A stretch of 63,197 bases of DNA, filler included, from Octopus bimaculoides (Eukaryota): NCBI RefSeq assembly GCF_001194135.2. It is 6 parts of 5 records of this genome, joined end to end, with 100 filler letters (N's around TTAATTAATTAA, not from the genome) between each part and the next. Parts side by side here need not be neighbours in the genome. Positions count along the whole stretch, not along the records: positions 1 to 18,547 come from NC_068981.1; positions 18,648 to 28,073 come from NC_068986.1; 4 more parts are not named here. One strand, written 5' to 3'. The position numbers and the translations under genes are program-made. The notes below the pieces were generated by a model that saw nothing but the letters and a program-made list of their open reading frames with translations, searched no databases and was not told the origin of the DNA. Shown piece after piece: positions 11,025 through 23,087 of the stretch; the stretch's first letter is position 1, and each line of letters opens with the position of its first letter.

Positions 11025-11340
11025 GTTCATGTTAAATGACATTTTGCAGGAATTGGTTCTCAGTAAAACACCTGAATATTACATAAGATGAAGAACTTTC
11101 TCAGATTGTTAGCAGTTCCCAATAATGCAATCTTCTGAAACTGTCCAGTACATTGTCTACCCCGAAGCTATTCAAAATGTCTGTTGGGTCTGTCTTTAAG
11201 GATGATGAAAGCTTCAAGACAACTAGCACTGTTTTGATTTTATTGTTCCACCTTTTTTTTTTTATTACAATCTCCAAGTCATGATATTTGCTAATCTCCT
11301 CAGGTTCCTCAATCAAAAGATTAACATTATCTGGGATTGC
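11025..11340 (-). mobile_element. R4/Dong-like (restriction-like endonuclease) non-LTR retrotransposon, 3' end
   Basis: Minus frames IPDNVNLLIEEPEEISKYHDLEIVI..WNNKIKTVLVV and QKIALLGTANNLRK match the EKxxKYxDL...W......PVVIGALG...QKxALLGTAxILRK RLE C-terminus. Ends in (AAT)n on its own strand (11007-11024). Confidence 0.75.
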
Positions 11341-11403
11341 TATATCAGTGGCTACATGTATTTAACAGCTATGTCCCACATGCTTGTTATGACATTAATG
11401 TGA

Positions 11404-11446
<43 letters not shown>

Positions 11447-11456
11447 NNNNNNNNNN

Positions 11457-11488
<32 letters not shown>

Positions 11489-11861
11489 CATATATATATA
11501 TATAAGTTTGAACCAACATTAACTTGCTTCAGAATGTACTTCCTTGAAATTCAATTACTACAATTGCTTTGCTGCTTTATATCTATGCAGTTATTGAAGA
11601 AATAATAACTAAAAAAATATATTTGATATTGAATGTGAGATGTGAAACAGGTGGTATGATAAAAGTAGGAGGCAGTGTATCAAGTTTGGCAAAAGAGATT
11701 GTTGGAAAAAGTACTAGATTTTAAAATGTAAGGGCTGGGATCAATTTGTTTGACTAGACCCTTTAAGGCAATGCCTCAACACAACTTCAGTCAAATGACT
11801 GAAACAAATAAAAGAAATTAAAAATAAAAAAGATGTATTTGCACAATAAATTATATCTATT

Positions 11862-12226
11862 ATACTCTTTTACTCTTTTGCCTTCGACTGCGGCCATGCT
11901 GGAGCACCGCCTTTAGTCGAGCAAATCGACCCCAGGACTTATTCTTTGTAAGCCTAGTACTTATTCTATTGGTCTCTTTTGCCAAACCGCTAAGTTACAG
12001 GGACGTAAACACACCAGCATCGGTTGTCAAGCGATGTTGGGGGGGACACACGAACATATACACACACATACATATANNNNNNNNNNNNNNNNNNNNNNNN
12101 NNNNNNNNNNNNNNNNNNNNNNNNNNNNNNNNNNNNNNNNNNNNNNNNNNNNNNNNNNNNNNNNNNNNNNNNNNNNNNNNNNNNNNNNNNNNNNNNNNNN
12201 NNNNNNNNNNNNNNNNNNNNNNNNNN

Positions 12227-12258
<32 letters not shown>

Positions 12259-12430
12259 CATATATACAACGGGCTTCTTTCAGTTTCCGTCTACCAAATC
12301 CACTCACAAGGCTTTGGTCGTCCCGAGGCTATAGTAGAAGACACTTGCCCAAGGTGCCACGCAGTGGGACTGAACCCGGAACCATGTGGTTGGTAAGCAA
12401 GCTACTTACCACACAGCCACTCCTGCACCT
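11862..12430 (-). mobile_element. SINE family B, full-length young copy with internal microsatellite gap
   Basis: Near-identical to the 6701-7214 copy, with CpGs retained (gtcgagcaaatcgacc, gtttccgtctacc). Confidence 0.9.
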
Positions 12431-12810
12431 ATTGTAGCTCGTATATAACAGAAAGTACACATGTGAGTGTAAATTGAAAATGAATTCAATCAAAATCCCA
12501 TTTCATAGATGGCATTCAGTATGAATTAATATAAAAACATACAGAGTAAATATATTAATAGAAAATTTATTTATTACTTGTTGATAAATTTAATGTCAAC
12601 AAAAAAAAAAAAACCTCCCAAGTTTACTTTACAAATATTATTTTCAAAAATATCTTATATATATATACATACACATGAATAAATTACATTTATATATTAA
12701 TGACTAATTTTTTTGATATATATCACATATATATGTATATGTGTGTGTATATATATAAATATATATATATGTGTGTATATGTATGTATATGTGCATCTAT
12801 GTATATGTAT

Positions 12811-12856
<46 letters not shown>

Positions 12857-13204
12857 TATATACATTTTGTAAACACTAATTTGAGATTCAAAAAGATAAT
12901 TCCAAATGACTTAGATCTGAACCAGATATTGATTATTTGTTGTTATTGATTACATCACACTCTGTTTATATCAAGTATTTCTTGAGGTAATTCTTATCAA
13001 GGTATTGAATAAAGATTACTTAGCTTAGAGGCAAGGGTATAGTGGGGTTTAAAACTTGAGTGAAAGTAAAAACATTTATACCTTAATTCAAGATAGAATC
13101 TGATTTAAACTCAGTGTGGTGCAATTACTAATGCAATCAGATAACTAATAGAACCCCATCATTTGGTTTGTTCTTTTTCAAATTCAAATTGGTTGTTTTT
13201 GTTG

Positions 13205-13385
13205 TTTAATACCAGTTCAACCTTGACTGAGCAGGTCTATGATTAAAGGCATTCCACCTACGACCATCCTGTCTTTTTTTAGTGGGTATCAAAGACTACA
13301 TTACCTACAGTAATGATTTGTGGAAGATTTGGCTGCTATTTTGTAGCAGGTCAAGTAAGCAAACAAGCCCCTTAATTGACTCAAA
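13205..13385 (+). repeat. Dispersed repeat family C (in the putative ZNF 3' UTR region)
   Basis: gagcaggtctatgattaaaggcattccacctacgaccatcctgtc...gaagatttggctgctattttgtagcaggtc, homologous to segments at 31130-31730, 32640, 45290-45780 and 45990. Confidence 0.7.
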
Positions 13386-13478
13386 CAGCAAAAGAGCTTT
13401 AATACTCTTCGTGTATGTGAGTGTGTAATATGTGTAATATGCCCTATCTTTAGAAATGAAGTTAGAATAAATATCAAT

Positions 13479-13943
13479 TCAGTATGGTGGTAGATTATTG
13501 GTTAAATAAAGTAAAGCAGCTGTTGTTTCATTAGTCTGAACCAAAGGTTGTTGAATATTATCGCCATTCTGATCATAAGTGACGCCTATTGGGGAAGCAG
13601 CCATCACTTCTTGTACTAAAACTTCATGCTCTTGGCATGTTGAAGCATCATTGGTAAAGCTCTGCACAGAGACTTGTTGCAAATTAGAGCAACTGTCATG
13701 TGACTCAATGTGTGGTAAGACACACTGGACATCTGATCCATCATGTGTCCGCTTATGTCTCATGAGTGCATAATTTGTATTGAACCGTTTATCACAAAGT
13801 GAGCAGTTGTAAGACCGAGGATTCACGTGGATTGACTGAATGTGCTTCTGTTGAACTGAACGTGTTTTGAATGAAGCCCCACAGTAGTGACATAAATGTG
13901 CTCGGATATTTGAGTGCATTGTCATATGTTCATTGAGATGAGC
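13479..13943 (-). CDS. C2H2 zinc-finger protein, terminal exon (end of finger 7, fingers 8-9, Gln/Val-rich tail)
   Basis: Acceptor tgtattttcag|GCT. Splicing to 15473 restores finger CTLCTKAFRSQ/AHLNEHMTMH in frame. Continues CHYC..HIQSIH and CSLC..HKRTH and ends ...AALLYLTNNLPPY*. Confidence 0.92.
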   Translation of the reverse strand, partial: AHLNEHMTMHSNIRAHLCHYCGASFKTRSVQQKHIQSIHVNPRSYNCSLCDKRFNTNYALMRHKRTHDGSDVQCVLPHIESHDSCSNLQQVSVQSFTNDASTCQEHEVLVQEVMAASPIGVTYDQNGDNIQQPLVQTNETTAALLYLTNNLPPY

Positions 13944-14384
13944 CTGAAAATACAACATAGAATAAGTCAGAATATAACAAATCAAAGTGAACATTATCAT
14001 GTTCTCAACAAGAATGTATAGCAATGTATTTCATATATTATATTTCATGCTCACTGGGAAATACTTTTTCCAAGGGTTAATAAAATAAATACCAATCAAA
14101 TACTAGGTGTGCAGGGACTGATTTCATTAACTATTCCTATACTCTACACTTTAACTTGTCAGGAATTGATGCTTCATATAACACTAAATAAATAATTTCA
14201 ATAGAAGTGACCAACTTAACATTATTTAATGAATCAAACACATCCATCACTAACAGCAACACAACATCCATCATCAAAATTTAAATTTGATGGAGGCAGG
14301 TGTCTGTACACTTTCTTTGTAATAGTTATTTTCATATAATCTTAGAATATTTCTGCTATTAAATCTAATTTTTCTTTACAACCT

Positions 14385-14960
14385 TACAGGCACAGACATG
14401 ATCGTATGGTTAAGTAGTTACTTTTCAACCAAGTAGTTTTAAATTGAATCCCACTACATGGTACCTTGGGCAAGTGTCTTCGACTATGGCCCCAGGTCAA
14501 CCAAAATTTTGTGAGTGGATTTAGTAGATCGAAACTGAAAGAAGTTTGCCATTATCATTTAACATACCCTTTTCCATGCTAGCATGGATTAGATGGTTCA
14601 GCAAGGACAGATGAGCCAGAGGGCTGCATCAGATTCTAAGTTTACTTTGGTATGGCTCCTACAGCTGGATGCCAACCACTTGGGTACTTTTTATGTGGCA
14701 CTGGTAAGGTTACCAAGTACCTGCAAGATAAGATCCCTAAACTGTGTCTATCTCTATGTGTTTGTCTCCTTGACTTGACACTACATAATAGATGTAAACA
14801 CATGTCAATGTCATACAATTAGCAACCTTCATTTCCAGTTTTCTATGGTAACACGTCCACCCATGGGTAAATATTATCTTGCTGGGTAGGGAATCCAGCA
14901 TCAACAAATTCCATTTGAGACATACAAGCATGGAAAAGTGGATGTTACAATAATGATGAC
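14385..14960. mobile_element. Composite: SINE B head (+), RTE-type tail element (-), second RTE-type tail (+)
   Basis: ggtaccttgggcaagtgtcttcgactatgg (B CORE). ttttccatgctagcatgga...ctacagctggatgcc (reverse RTE tail). agcatggaaaagtggatgttacaataatgatga (forward RTE tail). Confidence 0.65.
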
Positions 14961-15472
14961 AATGACCCTATGACAGAGAACAGTTTACAATTTTGCAGTC
15001 ATTTATTGATAAAGATTGTATTTTGTGCATCACAGATGTATGATGCTGTATGACACTGAAACATTGATAGCAGAGGTGAATGAACTAAGTATGATAAGTG
15101 GGATTATCATAGATTAATTTACTAATAAATGATTAAAGAAGGATAAATAAAATAGCATATATAAATAGTAATATTAAAATATGCCGGTCATTTGTTATAA
15201 AGAAACCATTTAAAAAAAAGAAGCAGCTTTAATTTTAAATAAGTGATAACCAAGCACTAAGCTTTACCAAGTGTCCTTAGGCAAAGCACATTGCACTACT
15301 TACCTAAGATAGCAGAGTGGTTACTTTTATAAAAGGTGTCAGTCCATAATATTCAAGAAGCAAAGATCCAAATTTTCAAATCCTCTCTACCTCATGCAAA
15401 CACAGAAAAAGGAATACAAGGTAACACTTATTAATTATACATATTAGAATGCTTCAAAACTGTATTATTTAC

Positions 15473-16194
15473 CTGTGATCGAAAAGCTTTAGTACATAGT
15501 GTACAAGTAAATGGAAGAACCCTTGCAGATTTATCCAGGTGTGTAAACTTGTGCTGTGCTAAAGCATCTGGTCGTTTAAAGGCCTTGCCACAAAGATCAC
15601 ACAAATATGGACGCTGATTACAATGAACATTGTTTCTATGTCTCACATAATGTTCCTTGCGCTGAGTTTTATAACTACAAAGATCGCATTGGTAAGTTTT
15701 AGTGAGTTTCGTTAGAATATTACCTGAGTTATCGTTCGTAACTGTTTCATTATGACTTAAACGTAGATGGCTACAGTATAAATGCCGGCGTAGAGTCTTG
15801 TATTGACACTTTGGACAGGCGTACAACAAGGTATGATGTTTACGTTGTGTGTTATGTCTATTTTTCACATGCCGAGCAAGTAGCTTGTTACTGTCTGTAC
15901 TGTATTTACATTTCATACACTGCAGTAAAGCATTACTGTGAAGGACTTCATGCCGCCTGAGATGACTCAAACGGATGCTAGTGAAATCACACTGTTTACA
16001 CCGGAACAAATTATTATCTTTTTCATGCAATTTAATATGTTTTATAAAATGGCTCTCTCTTTTGGATTTGAAAGAACATTCACTACAAAAAAATTTAAAT
16101 GGGGCTAAGGCTTCATAGTTTTTCTTCAAGATACGTCGTCCTGTGAATGTGGAACGTTTACTTTTGTTGATAAATATTTTCTGAGAACTGTCAT
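15473..16194 (-). CDS. C2H2 zinc-finger protein, penultimate exon (fingers 1-6 and first half of finger 7)
   Basis: Acceptor ttttatattttcag| (phase 1) at 16195 and donor |gtaaat at 15472 (phase 0). Contains CSEC..H..H, CKQC, CMKC, CPKC, CDLC (x2) and CTLC finger motifs. Confidence 0.9.
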
Positions 16195-16716
16195 CTGAAA
16201 ATATAAAACAGAAAAATCTATATATTAGGAAACTATCACCTAAATCAGATTCATAGTTTAGTCGCATATCATCAAAAGACAAAGTCTCTCATTATCATTA
16301 TACTAATTCCCATAACTCTTACTAACATAAAATCTACATATTATGAAAGTGGGTTTTAGGAAAGATTGTCCCTATCTAGGCCATAACATTTATCTCTGGC
16401 TTCAATCTGGCCCACAAAGCCAAACACTCTTGCCCTAATCTCAAAAAAACAAAACAGTACTTTAGATAACATACCTGTAGCCTAGAGCACACTTTGTCCA
16501 TGTTTTTTTTTCCTTTTTCTATGCCAGCATGGGCTGGAACTTTCAGTCTTATTTCATATTATGGTTCATCAAGATTTATTATTATTATTATTATTATCTT
16601 TCTTTGGTCTTCATCAGTTAAAGCTTACCCGCCACCCAACAAATGATTATTATATAGTATTACATGCATTATATTATAGGTTTTTAATACTTTTTCAATA
16701 AGCAGATTATTTTTAA

Positions 16717-16932
16717 CACTTTAGTATTTAAACCAACCATATCCAGCCAGAATATTCTGCCTGCTTTATGTTCAAACTGACCAGATCTGATCCCTCACAC
16801 TTATGTCACAATGTCATTCTAAAAGTAAATTACCATGTTATCAAAATCTTGAAGCTATGAGATAATGCATAATTAATTCAAAAGGATGCAAGTAAACATT
16901 ACCTTCAAGAGAATAATCTGAATGCTAAAGGG
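16717..16932. mobile_element. piggyBac-type MITE (216 bp)
   Basis: TTAA at 16713-16716 and 16933-16936. Imperfect TIRs cactttagtatt / aatgctaaaggg (consensus CCCTTTAGCATT). Confidence 0.75.
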
Positions 16933-17243
16933 TTAAATTATGAGAACCATAAGTTATTACTTTAGCTTGCTTTATTATTAAACATAAATTGCATAACAGG
17001 TAAATGAGCTCATAAAGTACTCAGTTAACAAGGAATGGCACCAAATACTGAAAATGTCTAGAGACATTGGGTCATGCCAGCTAGATATCTGTGATCTAAA
17101 ATACTGGCATGTGATTGAGCAAAAAACTGCACACACATTTCAACTTAAATTTGATGATAGTAATCCTATACATGGGAACAACAAACAAAAAACTCTCTTA
17201 TTTATTCATTGTATTTCTACTAAGAAATCCCATTTTTTACATA

Positions 17244-18078
17244 TGAGGGGTACCCAAAAGAAACCAGAATTTTGCAATGTTATTTTATTCACTTAGTTCT
17301 ACGTGTTTACACATTTATTGCCTTCAAAATATTCTCCATTTGAAGCAATGCATTGGTCCAGATGCATTTTCCAATGTTGGAAGCAGTGCTGGAACTCTTG
17401 CTAAGTGACACCTTTTAGTGCCTCCATCGTTTCTTTCTTCACCTCTTCCACATCTGCAAATTCTGTAGCACCAGCTTCCATCACCAGTGATGAGCTTCAA
17501 AAAATGGTCCAGATCAACTAACATCTTTCAGTTCACAATATGCATTCAGACACAACTGCTTTTGATCTTCCATGAGCAAGTGAGGCACAAATTTTGCTGC
17601 AATTCTTTCCATTTGCAATTCCTCATTCAAAATTCGTTGGCAGGAGCTCCAGGTCACACCAATAGTATCAACAAGTTCATTGATTGTTTAGTGATGGTCC
17701 TCCAAGATCAGTTCATGAACTTTCGTGATGCTTTCATCCATTTGGGAGATCAGCAGTCACCCTGAATGAGGTTGGTCTTCAAGCAACAAGTGACTATTCC
17801 TAAAGTATGAAAACCACTTGTTAACTTGTGTTTTACTCATGGCAGAATTTCACAGAAGCATGCTGTTCCTTCACTTCAGCCATTGCAAAAATCGACAAAC
17901 AGGGGAGAAGCACAGCAAAACAAAGATGCACCACGTGGCAGTACGACATCATACGATGCCGCTGATTGACAGACTGATGCCTGAGGGTTGCATCAAGTGG
18001 CTTCTAGGGGCAGAAGCTCAAACTACAGCGGGTTTGTCCTACAGAGAATGTTTCTGGTTACTTTTGGATACCCCCTCA
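17244..18078 (-). mobile_element. Tc1/mariner element, internally deleted, intact TIRs
   Basis: TA at 17242-43 and 18079-80. TIR tgaggggtacccaaaagaaaccagaa vs reverse complement tgagggggtatccaaaagtaaccagaa. Minus frames include RIAAKFVPHLL, FLKLITGDGSWCY and FADVEEVKKET...HWKMHLDQCIASNGEYFEG (mariner C-terminal GEYFEG). Confidence 0.92.
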
Positions 18079-18384
18079 TATATTTGTCTATTTTAAAAAT
18101 TAATAATTACTTTGAACTTAATTTGTACTTTCATTTTAATGTTATGTTTCTTATTGTTCAAATATATTAATATTAAGATCCAGACCATTAGCTCATGGAA
18201 TAAGAACGATCAACTTCATATGGTAGGATACTTTATTTTACATGCCCCAATTTAACCTAAATTTTGGAAACAGGTAAAAGACAATCTCATATTTGCATAG
18301 CATTAAGGTATCTAGAATTAAGCATCGTTTTAATGGTCCACTATGACCCATAGAAATAAGTCAACTAATTCAGTATTTTGTTGT

Positions 18385-18547
18385 AGGAACCAATGTGCCA
18401 GAAGGGAGGCTAGGCGACAGGTTTATTTAGCCAGAGGGGAAGCAGATAAGGAAAGATTTGCCAATGTTCTGCGCCATGAGGACCAAAGACTCGAGGTATT
18501 TCGTGTTGCAAGACAGTGTAGGAGAGAGAATAGTGATGTTGTAGGAG
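18385..18547 (+). mobile_element. RTE LINE ORF fragment (EN-RT linker), cut by a gap
   Basis: ARREARRQVYLARGEADKERFANVLRHEDQRLEVFRVARQCRRENSDVVG resembles the RTE linker that precedes the RT. Confidence 0.65.
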
Positions 18548-18647
18548 NNNNNNNNNNNNNNNNNNNNNNNNNNNNNNNNNNNNNNNNNNNNTTAATTAAT
18601 TAANNNNNNNNNNNNNNNNNNNNNNNNNNNNNNNNNNNNNNNNNNNN
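18548..18647. other. Assembly spacer N44-TTAATTAATTAA-N44 (also 28074-28173, 46217-46316, 58641-58740, 60383-60482)
   Basis: Five identical 100-nt blocks with 44 N either side of a 12-mer that has stop codons in all six frames. Confidence 0.97.
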
Positions 18648-18683
<36 letters not shown>

Positions 18684-18849
18684 CATACATATGGGGTGGG
18701 GGCAAACGCAAGTACTTCTACATGATAGATAACACTGGCTGAAAGAGCTGTTATATCTTCTTGAAAGCACGCCTTACTATTTTATGTTCTCTCTCTGTGC
18801 ATTGAGATGGTGGATCCACAACGTTCGACGATGAGGATCAGATGTCTAA

Positions 18850-19115
18850 TCAACTGAATTAACTGCTTCTAATCTACCGCAGAGGTGGTTTTTATTCTTT
18901 AATCATTTCGCTGCTAGAATGGCACAGTATTTAATTAGGCTGTACCATTTCATTTCCAGCAACACTTCACCTAACGAATTTCTGTCAACTCAATTTCAGT
19001 CACAAAGTTTGCGTCGACTGGAAGCTATGGTAAACGGCATTTGCCTAACATACCACATAGGGGAATCCAGCTCGAATTCTCGTGATTTTAAAGTTTTCTT
19101 TGCCTTTCTGCCATA
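18850..19115 (-). mobile_element. Highly degenerate LINE RT C-terminal fragment
   Basis: Minus frame YGRKAKKTLKSREFELDSPMWYVRQM loosely fits the YGxExW.L....L..FEMWxxRxM motif. Multiple stops. Confidence 0.35.
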
Positions 19116-19199
19116 CTGTACCTACGTTGTGTGTGGAAGTATATATATGCCTATATAGATCTCTCTCTCTCTCTATCTCTCTCTCTCTCTCTCTTTGTC

Positions 19200-19236
<37 letters not shown>

Positions 19237-21382
19237 TTGTGTGTATTTCCACGTGTGTTTGTATGAGTCAACGAGCAAATACTTACTGTGGCGCTTAGAT
19301 CTTCTAGAAATAACAACCAAATCTTCTTCAAACCCCACCCTGTTTTTATATATGTAAGTACGAAGTATATGCGAAATTCACAACACTGCAACATGACCAC
19401 ATACATAGACTTTAAAGTATGAAAGATCAGAAGATATAAGAAATACGCTTTGAAGAAAATTAAGATGATAATTTTGCGTTCATATATTTTAGTCAGTAAC
19501 GGAAATATATGATTAAAAGAAAGAGATAAAAGAGCGGTTGTAGGAGAATTATAACACAGCAGGTACAGTGAGATAAAACAGCTAAAAGAAATATTGATAA
19601 CCGCCATATAAAAGGCTGATGTAGCGATAAAAGACAGTAGCTATAAGGACAGTGTAGCAATAAGAAAATACAACAGTTACCGAGATGATGAAGACTTGAG
19701 AGATAACAATTGAGATTCTAAGATACAAATAGATTTTTATTTTAGATCAGAAACGTGACACACAAATTGGACGAGTAGAGCATCATTACTCTGTTTGATC
19801 GGATATTGGTATTTGTAATAATACTTCATGTATTATAGACCAAGTATGCACACGGTTGTATAAATTGATGTTCACAAAAAAAACAAAAAAACACACACTT
19901 ACGCACATGTATATACGTGTATATGTGAATATATTTTTGTGTATATATCATCTTTCAGTCTTAGTCAGCAGTTGTTAAGCAGTGAATGAGTATACAAAAA
20001 CCATCTTCTCCTCCTCCTTACTGTTTCCAAATGTCATGGCTTATCAAATCTACTAATTTTTCGTTTTATATTTGTATTTTTCATTATTGTATTTCTATCA
20101 TCACTTATTTTTTCTTATTCTTTTATCATTTAACCATAATTATTCTCCATTATCTTTCCTTTTACAATATCGTCTTTTCAATTATTCTTCCGAATGTAAT
20201 CAAAAGCTTTTCTTTTATGGTACTATAATTTCTTATTTATTTGAAATAACCGATTTCTTTACCTATCTTCGTATTTTGTTTGACGAACTGAATCAAAAAC
20301 ATTTGAGTTACAAAATCTTTAGTTTTGGCTTCCTTGCAATTAGTTATTGTGGGCATATATAGACATATATATACACGCATCCATCGGAAGTTATCCTGAA
20401 ATAGATGAACGTCTACTCAAGGAAGGGATTTGACACTCATTCATTTTATGCAAGGGAAACCTTAGTTAAACACCATGGGTAATGTACATTCTAGAATAAT
20501 AGCTACATCTCTCTCAAACCATTTTACGTAATTCTTTGGCTTCCTAAACTAAGTAAAAACGGCACGGCACAATTGGAATGCATTTAAGCGTAAGTGCTCG
20601 ATCAGCGTTGATCTAAAAGAACAATAGTAACAACAGAAACAGTAGTAATAATAAGAATAGCATAATAAAATATCAGCAGTTGGCTTAATAGACTTTTGTG
20701 ATAATGAAGAGTGATTTATCTAATATATGAAAAAACATATGTTAGTCCATGTTATGTTAAGAAATATGATCTATGGCAAGTATCAGGTCACGTATATAGA
20801 GTCAGCATGATTGCAACATGTTTGTTATAATTTTGATAGTGGAAGTGGTGATGATGGAGCAGGTAGTAGGTTAGCACCATTCGCTTTTGTAGGCCTTCCC
20901 AGGCGAGTGAGGCTGATGTGGTTGATGTTCAGTGTAACAACTGAAGAATGATATTTGTATGAAAAATTTAGACAAACAGGTAACTGGGAGATCTGGTCTA
21001 TATGTACGGATTTCTATGTGATGGCTGGGACGCCATGTCTGAGATTTATTATGATTTTTATAACCTTGTGGCACGTGATATACTATCGGCAAATTACAAA
21101 GTGCATGGACTTCAAATAAATAGAAGATCTATATTCTATTTATGTGAAACTGATGCCTCAGCAATAAATGTTTATAAAATAATAATTTAATAATCACTAC
21201 CTCAAATATTAATTACTATTGACTTGCCAAATATCAAACGTTTTTCAGCAGAGGTGAAACGAGATGTTTTTATGCTTACGCTTGTCTTCAGACAATCAAT
21301 ACTGAAGTCAAGCGAATTAGTGTCGAAGTTAATTTGCTTCCACCGTACGATTAATTGCATGGATAATAACCTTTCTCCGATA

Positions 21383-21600
21383 GGCACAAGGCACAAATTT
21401 AATTTTTTTTGTGGTGGTTGTGGTGGGGTATGGTGTTAGTCGATTACATCGATCCCCCACTATTAAACTATACTTATTTTATCGATTCCAAAAATATAAA
21501 GTCGACCTCAGCGACATTTGAACTCAACACCTAAAGCCGTAAAAAATGCTGCTAAGCATTTTATTCATCTCGATAACGATTCTGCCAGCTGGTAGCTTTA
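21383..21600 (-). mobile_element. SINE family A, diverged but CpG-retaining copy
   Basis: gtcgattacatcgatcc...ttttatcgattcc...aaagtcgacctcagcgacatttgaactc...gataacgattctgccagct. Confidence 0.8.
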
Positions 21601-22850
21601 ATTACATTGATAATATCAATTAGTGGAAGTTGTTTTAAACCACTATATTAAATTTGTGGTACATTTATGTATGCAGAACGCACCAAAGAGGCGCTTCCTC
21701 TGTTTCTAAATATTTTGATTACTTTTTGTCTTACAATCTGAGTTGAATAAAAGTTTCTGAGAAGGTTTAATTAGAAAGAAACATGCTTGTTACTTTGAAA
21801 TATTCGTTTTGAAGACCAGATTCACTCCAATCTGTGTTGACTATAATATCTAAAAAAATTCCAATTAACTGAGAGTTGACATCCAATGACAAGGCTGCAA
21901 AAGCAACGATAATTCTGGAAGAAAAAAAAGTGGAAGTTAAACCGGTATGTTAGATAATAAGGCATTAAGACAATATGACTCTCCCCAGACAACACAATGA
22001 ACTTACTGCTTGATTCTGGATTTTAGAAATCAATAGAAAGATTTTTAAAATCAATAGAAAGATTTTAAAAATCAATAGAGATAGATTATGTAAGTTAATA
22101 ATAATGGATAATATCTTTTATGCTTGATTCTGGATTTTAAAAATCAACAGAGAGAGATTTTGTAAGTTAGTAATAATGGATAATATCTAACAATATAAAT
22201 GTTTGTTTTGCAACACATTTTACCACATATATGAAACGCGACTGTATCAATATTTAGTATGCAGAAGCCTCCCCTGAGCTGTTTTCTTTCAACCATATGG
22301 TAAATTCACATTATCCAATACTGTTCTCCTTAAACTAATCATCTTATCTATTTACTGTAAGAGACAATATGGTAGTAGATTCATATTATTCAATTGTGGC
22401 GTCACAGCATTACGAAAATATTTGCTGACACATTTAATTGACCATTTCACACAGCATCTAAGTCATTTACATTTTACTTGATCTGAATGAAATACTTATA
22501 GATTTGCAGAGTTTATCGGTTTGCTATATAATCCTACTTTAGCTAATTACAAAAGTTGGAACCTCTCCTTCATCATTAACTAAATTACTGCGGCTTTAAA
22601 GGATAATAACGACAATCTTAATTATCAAAGACGAACCAAGGTGTGTATAAATAGATAAGAACAAGATCGAAGTAACCAGCCAACAACATCGTATAAACAC
22701 ACACATACGCATACACATAAATGTACATACGCACATATGTGTTGTCTTGCTATTGAATTAAAGGACTATTATTAAGATAAGCAGTCGATATCCATCTGAG
22801 ACACTCAACATACGATGGACATATTCATACGTAAGTACAAACATTATACA

Positions 22851-22889
<39 letters not shown>

Positions 22890-22996
22890 ATAGATACACA
22901 TATGTGTAATGTATATAGTAGACGGCATGTTGAGCTATTTCTCTGTACATTGAAAACAGTAATGAAGAGACAATCGATTTTAGAACCTTACAACGT

Positions 22997-23084
<88 letters not shown>

Positions 23085-23087
<3 letters not shown>

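Noticed and set aside
16195-16282. MSFDDMRLNY... as the true N-terminus of the zinc-finger protein
   Set aside because: The ORF-track start is a non-ATG codon, and the stretch includes a polypyrimidine tract and a clear acceptor at 16195, so it is most likely intron read-through.
16475-16501. Mini-exon MDKVCSRLQ|gtatg as the ZNF first exon
   Set aside because: The donor is phase 0 but the acceptor at 16194 needs phase 1, and the phase-1 frame has a stop.
20870-21090. ORFs and an agacATGGCG motif near 21035 as the ZNF start
   Set aside because: The ATG frame stops after 12 codons with no convincing phase-1 donor. It remains only a possible promoter region, pending RNA data.
21995-22195. Local duplication cttgattctggatt...aatcaa.agag..agatt.tgtaagtta.taataatggataatatct
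   Set aside because: Ordinary slippage-type duplication in AT-rich DNA with no further structure.
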